IMG/VR virus record: IMGVR_UViG_3300050343_000150
Span: 27,748 to 91,747 of that record
Source: a virus
Reading direction: 5' to 3' (one strand)
DNA length: 64,000 bases
The position numbers and the translations under genes were made by a program. Below, piece by piece: positions 35,147 through 43,781 of this stretch (its first letter is position 1; every line of letters begins with the position of its first letter). The notes beneath the pieces were generated by a model. The model ran no database searches, was not told the DNA's origin, and saw only the letters and a program-made list of their open reading frames with translations.

Positions 35147-36489
35147 TTATACAACGCTCCCGGATATTTATCTTCGACCCATTTCTTGACAGGCATAGAT
35201 TCTTCAGTATGTGTTAAATTAAATACATCACTATCACTTAGTCGATAAGTTGTAGAGTCAACACGTGCTAGAGTATGAATCATTGATTTAGCCACTACAT
35301 CATTCTTCAATATCATTGCCCTTGCTGCTATTTGGTCGCCAATACTAGAATTACCATGTAAATTATCTATACAGAAAGGCCCAAGATATTCGAACCCTCC
35401 ACCATATGCATTACCTTCCTTACCTATCACGAATACAACTTTAACACTTTGATGTCTAGAATCAGGAGAAGAAGGATAAACAATCCAGTCTCCTAACTTC
35501 CCTCTTACTAACATTGAGAAATCATAGGTTTTAGATATTGTAAGTTTACTAAAGTACTTAGAAAGCCACTTTTTATTACGTATTAAAAATAACTCTTTAT
35601 GAGAATCATCTAATTCTACCAATAGTTCTTTGGCTCTAGTTTCCACCATCTTAGATGTTCTATTTTGTTTCAACCATGCTGTCATTAATGTAAGTTCGGA
35701 ATCACTAGGTTCTGATTTCATTATGTTAGTCCACAATTTTTTAGGAGAAATATTAGCCCACTTAGTAGACCTTGATTTATTATATCGGTAACTATCAATC
35801 AAGGTGTTGACATCTTTAATGTTTATACTTCCCCAAATACCATCACATAATTCTAGGGCGACTTCTTTTTTACTGATAGCAGTTAAATTAATCCTAACAG
35901 ATATCTTCTGCCCCATTTCATAAAAATGATATGGCATTCTGTTCTCTAATGCATACATTACATTTTCAGGATAATTTATACATCGGTCTATGTAATTATT
36001 CATAGCAACAGCACTTCTGTTATTTGCACCAAACATAATTATCTTTGATAGTGCAGAAACAATATCCTTCATGTTCTTATGCACCCCATTCATATGATAT
36101 CTAGACGAATCTTTTCTTAATAGAATAGAACTATCACCATCATTGTACCTAAAGGTAACATATGTAATAAATTCATCATTATCGCTAGTCCACATAGTTG
36201 TAAAAAATGTTTTTTTAACAACATTAGAGAACTCTACTAATAGTGGGTCATCGCTAACATGTCTACTACTTGCAATAGATGGCATTGGTATTTTAATTTC
36301 ATATTCACCGAATTTATTCAATCTATGTTTGCGAATAGAACCAACCACTCGACTCTTTGCATCAGATTTAACTAAGAAAGAACTGCTTCGCATATTACTA
36401 TTATCACTTATAGAAGGTATCAAGAATTTTATTTTCATATATATCACCGTATTCATCTTTATTGTCTGTATAGTATTTTTTAACACCAT
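35143..36489 (-). CDS. Hypothetical protein with C-terminal E2/UBC-like Cys motif (candidate Ubl-conjugating enzyme)
   Basis: GPFCIDNLHGNSS (35344-35382) resembles the E2 active-site pattern GxICLDILxxxWS; HPN motif absent. Confidence 0.4.
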   Translation of the reverse strand: MVLKNTIQTIKMNTVIYMKIKFLIPSISDNSNMRSSSFLVKSDAKSRVVGSIRKHRLNKFGEYEIKIPMPSIASSRHVSDDPLLVEFSNVVKKTFFTTMWTSDNDEFITYVTFRYNDGDSSILLRKDSSRYHMNGVHKNMKDIVSALSKIIMFGANNRSAVAMNNYIDRCINYPENVMYALENRMPYHFYEMGQKISVRINLTAISKKEVALELCDGIWGSINIKDVNTLIDSYRYNKSRSTKWANISPKKLWTNIMKSEPSDSELTLMTAWLKQNRTSKMVETRAKELLVELDDSHKELFLIRNKKWLSKYFSKLTISKTYDFSMLVRGKLGDWIVYPSSPDSRHQSVKVVFVIGKEGNAYGGGFEYLGPFCIDNLHGNSSIGDQIAARAMILKNDVVAKSMIHTLARVDSTTYRLSDSDVFNLTHTEESMPVKKWVEDKYPGALYK

Positions 36490-36697
36490 ACAATTCCTTA
36501 ACTTTATCCCAACTTTTTATTTTAGAATAGCCCATTCTAATATAGTAAACTATTCTTCTTTCAGCATACTTCGCAGTCACTGAACCATCTTCGAGGTGTC
36601 GGAAAACTACCTCGGTAGATTTTTTTGCTCCATTATTTGTCATGGAAGATATTATTTCTGATTTAAGAAATATTAACTTATTTCTATCCATTTTCAT
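36404..36697 (-). CDS. Hypothetical protein
   Basis: ATGA overlap with the nrdJ stop. Confidence 0.5.
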   Translation of the reverse strand: MKMDRNKLIFLKSEIISSMTNNGAKKSTEVVFRHLEDGSVTAKYAERRIVYYIRMGYSKIKSWDKVKELYGVKKYYTDNKDEYGDIYENKILDTFYK

Positions 36698-38586
36698 ATT
36701 TCACAAACTCCACCTGCACAGGCTAACTCCCCTTGCAAGTTTGTGTTGTCCATTGATTCATAAACTTCAGATAAATCAATGCTCTGAAGTAACATAAACA
36801 TTTTTTGATATGTCTCTTTATCAATTGCTTCGAAAGGTGCTTGTTTATACAACCCACCATCATATGGTAAAACAGAAAGACCATTGTAATAGTCTCTATT
36901 TTTCCACATCCAATTCTTAACATCATCCCATTCGTCTTCACGAATATTAACTGTGGCAGATACATTGTGAGTATTGACACCTCTATTGTGTCCACTCATT
37001 ACCCACCTGACAGAGAATTCTTTGACTCGTTCTAACATCTCTAATGCAGATTCTTCTCTAGTAATCACATTACCATCAGGAGTTTTCTGAGGTATAGATA
37101 TGATTGCCTGATTAGGATTGAAGTAATCGTCTTCTACTAATTCAGGTAATTTGTTTAGCAGGTATGTGTAAATTGCTTCTGTTTTTAGAACTCTAAGTCT
37201 CCTAATATAATATTCAGAAAACCATCCATGGATTCCTGAAGAAGAACCTAATACTAGACTAGTAGTTCCCGCAGGTTTTACACAAGTTATTCTTGCAGCA
37301 GTTCTGATACCCAAAAGAGTTGCAAATTTTTCGTTTTCTTTCCTAGCAACATCTGCCGCCTTCTCTAAATCTAAACTAGAAACTTTATTGCTAGCAATAC
37401 CTGTCATAGACACTCCTAGTAATGCATCCTTCTCAGAAGTTCTTTTCCAAACTTCTCTCAAATAGTGAAAATCTGTATAAGATGCTTGTAGTGTTCCCAA
37501 GAAAGCAGCAATAGCAACTCTCATGTTTAAATCAGATTGGTCTGTAACAGTAGAAGCATTAACTTCTGTTAGGTTACAGAACTGATATGGTCTTAGTGCT
37601 ATTTCACAACACGGATTAGTTCCCCAGTCCTTATCATTAGTTAGATAAAATCCCGGTTCTCCAGTTCCGGACTCTTGAACTCTAGTCCATAAATTATTAA
37701 AGAAATCTCTTTTTATTCTATGTCTTAATAGAACAACAGAATTATTCGCTCTTGCTCTCTGAGGATTAGTGTCCCAAAATTGTCCTGATTTACAAGTCAA
37801 CATTTCATCATCGTCTGCACTAAACAAACTAATTAGTGCTGCACGTCTAATACCTCCTGCTAATACTGCATCAGCAATATAACAAACAATATCGTGTGCT
37901 TCTAATGAAGATAGTTTGTCCCCATTAGTCTTACTAGAAAGAATACCTTCAACTTTAACTAGACATTCTTTTAGTGGTTGTGGACCGGGTGCTTTTCCAC
38001 CACTAGTTTTCAATGGTGAACCCTTAGGTCTAATATCAGAATAGTCGAAGCGAACTGTTGTTGCTCTTTTACCGATATAAGATTCGAATAGTACTTTTAC
38101 TGCATCAGCCCAACCCTCAATAGAATCACTAACTAAGTGTCTATATGTTCTACTAGGATTAGGTAATATAATTTCGGGTAATTTATCTACGTGGTGTCTT
38201 TGTACTGAGAAGCCCACGCCTGTTCCTCCCAAAAGTAAGAACATTGCTTCTGCAAATGATACATAGGAATCAATTGGCATATAAGCACAATTGTATACTC
38301 TATTAGGAGATAACTCAATCGGTTTACCTGCAAATTGCATTGACCTCATTGAAGGTAATACTTTCTTAGGTATAACAAAATTTTCATATGCATTGTGTAT
38401 TGCAGCAATTAATTCTGTTTCTGATTCTTTAGTAATCCCATCTCTAGTGCTTACTGATTTGATATGCATATCCATATTGCGCTTACATATTTCTTCCCAT
38501 GTTTCTCTACGCATTTTCATTTCATTATATTTACCGTATTTCATATGTACTGTTATATCTGATAATATCTCTTGTTGTAATTCCAT
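36694..38586 (-). CDS. nrdJ: Class II (adenosylcobalamin) ribonucleotide reductase
   Basis: NCAY, GGIRRAA, TNPCCEI, CNLTE, KPAGTTS, YKQAPFE, C-terminal CAGGVC. Confidence 0.95.
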   Translation of the reverse strand: MELQQEILSDITVHMKYGKYNEMKMRRETWEEICKRNMDMHIKSVSTRDGITKESETELIAAIHNAYENFVIPKKVLPSMRSMQFAGKPIELSPNRVYNCAYMPIDSYVSFAEAMFLLLGGTGVGFSVQRHHVDKLPEIILPNPSRTYRHLVSDSIEGWADAVKVLFESYIGKRATTVRFDYSDIRPKGSPLKTSGGKAPGPQPLKECLVKVEGILSSKTNGDKLSSLEAHDIVCYIADAVLAGGIRRAALISLFSADDDEMLTCKSGQFWDTNPQRARANNSVVLLRHRIKRDFFNNLWTRVQESGTGEPGFYLTNDKDWGTNPCCEIALRPYQFCNLTEVNASTVTDQSDLNMRVAIAAFLGTLQASYTDFHYLREVWKRTSEKDALLGVSMTGIASNKVSSLDLEKAADVARKENEKFATLLGIRTAARITCVKPAGTTSLVLGSSSGIHGWFSEYYIRRLRVLKTEAIYTYLLNKLPELVEDDYFNPNQAIISIPQKTPDGNVITREESALEMLERVKEFSVRWVMSGHNRGVNTHNVSATVNIREDEWDDVKNWMWKNRDYYNGLSVLPYDGGLYKQAPFEAIDKETYQKMFMLLQSIDLSEVYESMDNTNLQGELACAGGVCEI

Positions 38587-38672
38587 TTAATTTCATCTCC
38601 TTTAGATTGTTGATATGGGCTTTGCACCCACTCGGTAGTCGTATCGTCTAAACTACTAAGACAGTTTACGGT

Positions 38673-38876
38673 CTAACATCCACCGACGACGGCAGGTATT
38701 AGGTTTACTTCAGTTACCGAATCCCAACTAACTGTTGAAATGTTTTCACGTGTAACTAAGTCTCCATCAACGAAAACCCAATGTGTTGGGTGGTCATTGA
38801 TTTGTTCTATCGCTTGCTCAGAAGTTAATTCCGGCAAGGTTGTGTGTCCTGTTTCATTCATTATTATCATTTTCAT
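38673..38876 (-). CDS. Ubiquitin-like (ThiS/MoaD/SAMP beta-grasp) protein ending ...PAVVGG-C
   Basis: 67 aa; VFVDG, EVNLIPAVVGG as in ThiS/MoaD C-termini; one extra Cys before TAG. Confidence 0.8.
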   Translation of the reverse strand: MKMIIMNETGHTTLPELTSEQAIEQINDHPTHWVFVDGDLVTRENISTVSWDSVTEVNLIPAVVGGC

Positions 38877-38898
38877 ATTTTTTTTCTCCTTTGTTTCT

Positions 38899-39126
38899 TT
38901 ACTTTTGTTGTGCTTGAGTAAGTGCTTGTTGTAGTTCTTGGACTCTACCCGTTAAGATATTTATTGTCATCTCGTAGTGATTACACAAGGCAGCATACTC
39001 ATTTGCCTTGTTAACTACGATTTGCAAATTACTTTGGAGTTGAGCCATCACAGCCTCCGTTTCATTCACAACATCTACTTCCTTCACTGGTTCTGCTTCT
39101 TTTTTACTTTCTTTCTTTTTTGTCAT
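38899..39126 (-). CDS. Small coiled-coil protein
   Basis: Heptad-like Gln/Leu pattern. Confidence 0.55.
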   Translation of the reverse strand: MTKKKESKKEAEPVKEVDVVNETEAVMAQLQSNLQIVVNKANEYAALCNHYEMTINILTGRVQELQQALTQAQQK

Positions 39127-40245
39127 TTATTTTTCCTCCTTAAGTTCATCGATTAATTTCGATACTTCTCCTTTAGATAGTGAATCTATATCTCCTTCGT
39201 ACCCCAATGCTCTTAGGTACTTTATCTGAGGTATGGTAGGGTTATCATTATACCGATTAATTATCTTCATTAATGTGCTAATTTGCTTGGGTGAGATATC
39301 CTTTCGTTCAGATACTCTATTTACCATATCAGTTAGGAATTTAGTTTCCCAATCATTAGATGCTAGTTTAGTAGTGAAGTGTGGAATACCGAAATATTCG
39401 CAACTCTCACGGAAATCTCTTTCGGTTTTCTCAGTCCAAACTTTATTCCTCAACTCTAACTGTTGTTCATATTTCATCTTCCTTTGCTGTGCGGCTTCAA
39501 TTGCATCATCTTCTTCTTTGACTTCTTGACGATGTTGAGCAATGAGAGCGTGGAATATAGATAAGTCTTGCATTAATCTATCGTTAGGATAACCACGACC
39601 ATTCTGTTGATTTCTAGTGTTGTCAGGATGATTCCATCTCCACACAATAGAAGCCATTTCATAATCGGGAGTATATACTTCACCACGACTAACCTTTCTA
39701 ATTTTAGTTTGTTCAGTACGAATACCTAACTTATTATCCCACATATATCTACCAGTTCTTCTGACATTAATACGTAAATCCAATTCTTTAATTTCATTAA
39801 ATGTTGCAATGAAATCTTCTCCATTTGCATTCCACCATGCATCTTTCTTTAACGCACTAACTCTAACATCAATCCATTCTTGAATCATACTTTCTGTAAT
39901 AGCATCTGAATCAATACCAGTCTCTTCTGAAATTGCTCTAAGAATCATGTAAGAATTAATGTGGTCTGAACCAACACATTCTCTAACACCAGTTTCTGTG
40001 TTTTCTATTTCGAAATGATACACAATTCTATGTCCACATAAACATGTTCTAGGATGTTTGGCTGCCCAATTCGGTCTTGGAGTTCCAATACCTTGCCACC
40101 ATACTTCACCAGTTGCACGCCATTCATGTTTAGCATCATCGTAGTTATCTGAAAGAGATAATTCTGTCATATTCCTTTTCAGGAGTTTATCCCATCTACC
40201 ATTACCAAGTTCTCTTTTACCTAGTTTGTAGTCTTCTATCTCCAT
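39127..40245 (-). CDS. Hypothetical protein with CxCGH...VGSDH metal site
   Basis: 372-aa ORF; C-terminal PTxxQxxYL...SKGEVSKLIDEL helical motif. Confidence 0.65.
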   Translation of the reverse strand: MEIEDYKLGKRELGNGRWDKLLKRNMTELSLSDNYDDAKHEWRATGEVWWQGIGTPRPNWAAKHPRTCLCGHRIVYHFEIENTETGVRECVGSDHINSYMILRAISEETGIDSDAITESMIQEWIDVRVSALKKDAWWNANGEDFIATFNEIKELDLRINVRRTGRYMWDNKLGIRTEQTKIRKVSRGEVYTPDYEMASIVWRWNHPDNTRNQQNGRGYPNDRLMQDLSIFHALIAQHRQEVKEEDDAIEAAQQRKMKYEQQLELRNKVWTEKTERDFRESCEYFGIPHFTTKLASNDWETKFLTDMVNRVSERKDISPKQISTLMKIINRYNDNPTIPQIKYLRALGYEGDIDSLSKGEVSKLIDELKEEK

Positions 40246-40503
40246 TCACTCATCACCAATTCTCTCACACGCTCTCTGTTCTTTTAGATGACCAGTTAGT
40301 AACTCGTCTATCTTACCAAACAATGCTTCAGCACATCCACCAATTGTTTTTCTATGTAATGCAAGCCAAATTTTGTGCTGTGCATTTAACACAACTTTCG
40401 GCCTATCATCATCATTCATTGTTATCATAATAGGTGGTAGTTCTATATCGTCTACCAACCTAAATTCTATATTTATTTCTTCTATCATTTTACATTCCAC
40501 CAT
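40246..40503 (-). CDS. Hypothetical protein
   Basis: ORF in operon-like run. Confidence 0.5.
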   Translation of the reverse strand: MVECKMIEEINIEFRLVDDIELPPIMITMNDDDRPKVVLNAQHKIWLALHRKTIGGCAEALFGKIDELLTGHLKEQRACERIGDE

Positions 40504-40823
40504 TCATTTTCATTTTCATTTTTATATGCTCCTTCGAATTCATCTTTGGGAGTTATTAATTTCACTACTGATTTTATACTGGTAGTGACAGTACTTAAAC
40601 AACGTAAAATTAATTTTTTAACTCTATCAATTCTTTCACGCTTTCTAATTTCTAACCACAATTCTTCTTGCTCTCTAATAGCAGAAGTATTGATTGTACA
40701 CAAGTCTTCTAACATTTCGTCGTAGTCATTACTTAACATTGATATATCTAAATAATAATCATTTCTTAAGAAACTTAAGTCATTGTAGTTCATCTTCATC
40801 TTCTTGATATTCATATTGTTCAC
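40485..40823 (-). CDS. Hypothetical protein
   Basis: ORF in operon-like run; start uncertain. Confidence 0.5.
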   Translation of the reverse strand: MNNMNIKKMKMNYNDLSFLRNDYYLDISMLSNDYDEMLEDLCTINTSAIREQEELWLEIRKRERIDRVKKLILRCLSTVTTSIKSVVKLITPKDEFEGAYKNENENEWWNVK

Positions 40824-41064
40824 CTTTATTTTTATGTTTAAATCTTCTAATCATGTCATTCAGATTATTCTTAGTTGTTGCAGTCATAAACTTTTGACCA
40901 CCCCTCAAAAATATAAGAATACTAAAAAACTTCTCAATATGAGCATGTTCTTTATTTCTGAATTTTCTCATTAATGGGTCATCCTCATCTAACGGTCGCC
41001 AAGTAAAGGCTTGCATTTCTTCAATCGAAACGATGCCGTTAGTGAATCTGATATACCCTTTCAT
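40780..41064 (-). CDS. Small hypothetical protein (paralog family)
   Basis: VSIEEMQAFTWR...FSILIFLRGG. Confidence 0.55.
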   Translation of the reverse strand: MKGYIRFTNGIVSIEEMQAFTWRPLDEDDPLMRKFRNKEHAHIEKFFSILIFLRGGQKFMTATTKNNLNDMIRRFKHKNKGEQYEYQEDEDELQ

Positions 41065-41207
41065 TCTTCTTCAATCCCATGTAGTTCTAGCCACTCTGAA
41101 TATGTCGGTTCGCACCTACACAAACATGGGACTGGTTCTGCCTCACCGAGTAAGGTTATTGAAACTGCTGTTCCAGTGTCGCTACATGTTTTACATTTTA
41201 TTGTCAT
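41061..41207 (-). CDS. Small Zn-finger protein (48 aa)
   Basis: Hand-translated MTIKCKTC...PCLCRC...; AGGTGA ribosome-binding site; ATGA overlap. Confidence 0.6.
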   Translation of the reverse strand: MTIKCKTCSDTGTAVSITLLGEAEPVPCLCRCEPTYSEWLELHGIEEE

Positions 41208-41224
41208 TTTAATTCACCTATTGT

Positions 41225-41740
41225 TATTTAATCGCAGAGAAAGGTAGAGCCACCACAACTCTTGTTCTAGAAATGGAACTTCAAAATAAATGCTACCTTT
41301 TTTAATCGAACAAAAACTCTGCTCGTTGTCCGTAGTGTGAATACGGATTTGAGTATAATATATCGGGAAAACACTAGGGGGAGACGAAGCCCACTTATGC
41401 TAATGATTATGTGTTTTATTACCGCATTAAAACCGATTTGATTTGTGTGTTTGGGAAAGGAAAGGTACTATGCCCATCTCTCGGAGTAGGGGATTGTATG
41501 TCGGGAAGACACACACGATGTTTCTTACAACCCATGTTATCCTGCTCTATTTTTTATATCGAAAAGCCACCCATACATCCCGTGCATGAGTGAACATGTT
41601 TCCAACCTAACAGTTGCTCCTTAAAAGGTACAACAGGTTTGCCTTCAGTCTGCTCCTATATCTTATTTCCTTATTATTGGTAAACCCAAAATTCCAACTA
41701 CTTTATCACCCCTAAATTCAAGGCCGCTAAACCCCTCTTC
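41225..41740. ncRNA. Candidate structured non-coding RNA or long leader
   Basis: About 500 nt without a credible ORF; nested stems GCAGAG/CTCTGC, AAAGGTAG/CTACCTTT, TCCGTA/TACGGA. Confidence 0.4.
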
Positions 41741-41778
41741 TATTTGTGATATCCCTAAGTAATATGTTGAATGTGAAC

Positions 41779-42105
41779 TCATCTTCTTGAGACGAGTAGT
41801 AAAGTCAGATAACCTATCAAATCCATTATGATATCGTCATCTGATTCTAGTGAGTCATTACCTTGAACAAGTCTACTTAACTTGTCATCGATTCTGACTT
41901 TGATTTGTTCTTCTTTGTCTGCATGAGAAAAGAACCTACTAGGATTCAACACTGAATCCCCATACTGGTTATTCTTCTGAAGAAGCATCTTCTTCATCTC
42001 ATCACAGACATCGGCTATTGCCTTCTGTGAATCTGATAGTTTGGTTTTCTTATCTTTGTTAGGCTCATATTTTTCTCTACTGTTAATCCATTTTTCTTCT
42101 GTCAT
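41779..42105 (-). CDS. Nucleotide-modification-associated domain 1 (DUF1599-like, MazG-related)
   Basis: KNNQYGDS...RIDDKLSRL...D.IMDLIGY. Confidence 0.75.
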   Translation of the reverse strand: MTEEKWINSREKYEPNKDKKTKLSDSQKAIADVCDEMKKMLLQKNNQYGDSVLNPSRFFSHADKEEQIKVRIDDKLSRLVQGNDSLESDDDIIMDLIGYLTLLLVSRR

Positions 42106-42500
42106 GTTCTCACATCCTTTGGAGGTTTTCTCATTTAATTAATGTTTTCTCACTCAATGGGAAAATTGAACCTTTTCGCAGTAAAGCGTTTTTGTTCGGG
42201 TTTTCTCATTTTCTCATTTTCTCACACCATTCTAGGCAAGAGAGAGAGAGAGAGTATGTAATACATAATAATTTTATTATGTTATGATAATATTGATAAA
42301 ATGATAATATTAATTAAAAACTTTAATTCTAGTCAATTTAGGCATATTTTAATTTTCCCACTAATGGGAATATTGAGAAAATACCCAATTGACTCGAATA
42401 AGTTAGAAATGTCTTATGAAATGGTATAAGAAATACTACATCTCATATACATATTTACATATCATATATACATATCATATAGGGAGGGGTTTTGACACCC
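42106..42500. repeat. AT-rich divergence region with TTTTCTCA iteron-like repeats and (AG)7 tract; candidate replication origin
   Basis: TTTTCTCA at 42126, 42146, 42201, 42209, 42217; inverted TGAGAAAA at 42374; AATGGGAA(A/T) twice; AT-rich spacer about 42255-42330. Confidence 0.55.
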
Positions 42501-42717
42501 TTGAAAAGTGATGTTAATTTAGGTAAAAAGATATTGGGACAAATATACGAATATCTTTATGTGATATTATGGAATCTATCGCGTAAATGGATAAGTTGTG
42601 ATGAACTTTTGGTATAGATTCTAGGTAACAATAAACTGGCTGAGTGCTATATATAGGCTCTGACCACACCTACATGAGCAACTTTCCATACTGTCAAAGT
42701 TAATCTTCATTTTTACT

Positions 42718-42754
42718 ACCATATGGTAGGCCACTTTTGTAAGACTACCTTATA
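42718..42754 (+). promoter_or_regulatory. Repeat element copy 1 (ACCATATGGT + hairpin + TATA-like)
   Basis: ATG at 42778, 60 nt after repeat start. Confidence 0.75.
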
Positions 42755-42777
42755 CCGGACTATACCTAGATAATAAT

Positions 42778-43158
42778 ATGCCACTAATAGTAGGAATAGA
42801 GAATGGAATAGAGAGAGGATTTACTGAAAGAGAACTATCGTTGACCAACGGGTTTGGTTTCGGTATGTTAGCAACGAATGCAGGAGTAGGATTCAGTGTT
42901 TGGGAGAAAATCACGGTTGAGGAGTTCAGACGCAGGATGCTACTATGTAACTTTGCGAACAGCATATACAACATGGAGGACTTCTACGAGATAATGACAA
43001 TCGAGTTCTGTCAGAGATTGAAGGATGCTGATTGGTATTGTAATACTAGCACATACGACAAGCGAAAGTTTAACAGTGAATATAAGAACTGGTTAGTCAG
43101 ACTGAACGAGATGAACTTCCGTGATTTTGAGAGAAAGATGCAACAGGAGGAAGAGTGA
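42778..43158 (+). CDS. Hypothetical early protein
   Basis: Probably leaderless ORF at fixed distance from repeat 1. Confidence 0.7.
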   Translation: MPLIVGIENGIERGFTERELSLTNGFGFGMLATNAGVGFSVWEKITVEEFRRRMLLCNFANSIYNMEDFYEIMTIEFCQRLKDADWYCNTSTYDKRKFNSEYKNWLVRLNEMNFRDFERKMQQEEE

Positions 43159-43314
43159 ATGGGAGATTATGGAATATTTTGTGAATGTTGTAACGTATAT
43201 TATGAGTTCGAGGTTGAAGGATACCTAGGAAATATCTCAGATTATTATTGTGAATCATGTGGATATGATATGGAGAATTGTGAAGGAGGTTGCGAACGTG
43301 TTCCTTCGGTTTAG
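43159..43314 (+). CDS. Small acidic Zn-finger protein (51 aa)
   Basis: Hand-translated MGDYGIFCECC...YCESCG...; GGAGG upstream. Confidence 0.55.
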   Translation: MGDYGIFCECCNVYYEFEVEGYLGNISDYYCESCGYDMENCEGGCERVPSV

Positions 43315-43352
43315 AGTTGAGACTAATGAATACACATGGGAGTTGTGGGATT

Positions 43353-43475
43353 ATGTTTATTGATATAATTAGATGTAATGGCTGTGGTAGAAATACTATC
43401 AGACCTGAAGATGAAGAATATTTCTCAGAATGGGATGATTGCCTGTGCTATTTGGAAATGGAGGAATTAAGATGA
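43353..43475 (+). CDS. Small Cys-rich protein
   Basis: MFIDIIRCNGCG...DCLC; ATGA overlap with next gene. Confidence 0.45.
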   Translation: MFIDIIRCNGCGRNTIRPEDEEYFSEWDDCLCYLEMEELR

Positions 43476-43738
43476 GTAATTACCCCGACGGAATGACTGC
43501 TGATGACCATGCTTACCTAGATGGGTATAGTGGTTGTTTACATGAAGATGTTCATGTTGAGGATGCAAGAGTTCGTATTCGTGTTCCCAAGAATATGAAA
43601 GAAGGTGACTGGATAGAGGAACATAGTTTCGAAGTAGAAGGATTATTTGTGTGTTCAGCCTGTGGCGAATCAAAATGGGTCTCCATAGATATAGATACAT
43701 ATATTTTGGAACTTGATGACAATACTGTTTTCGATTAA
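43472..43738 (+). CDS. Acidic Zn-ribbon protein
   Basis: MSNYPDG...CLH...CSACG; GGAGG upstream. Confidence 0.6.
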   Translation: MSNYPDGMTADDHAYLDGYSGCLHEDVHVEDARVRIRVPKNMKEGDWIEEHSFEVEGLFVCSACGESKWVSIDIDTYILELDDNTVFD

Positions 43739-43742
43739 TGTG

Positions 43743-43759
43743 CCACCCTTCGGGGTGCG
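43743..43759 (+). terminator. cUUCGg tetraloop hairpin after gene end
   Basis: CACCC-TTCG-GGGTG; similar CCC-TTCG-GGG at 46711-46720. Confidence 0.5.
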
Positions 43760-43781
43760 CCGTTACACTACAAAGTCTCCC

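Noticed and set aside
38560-38675. UAG read-through fusing Ubl to NrdJ
   Set aside because: The read-through frame is not the nrdJ frame
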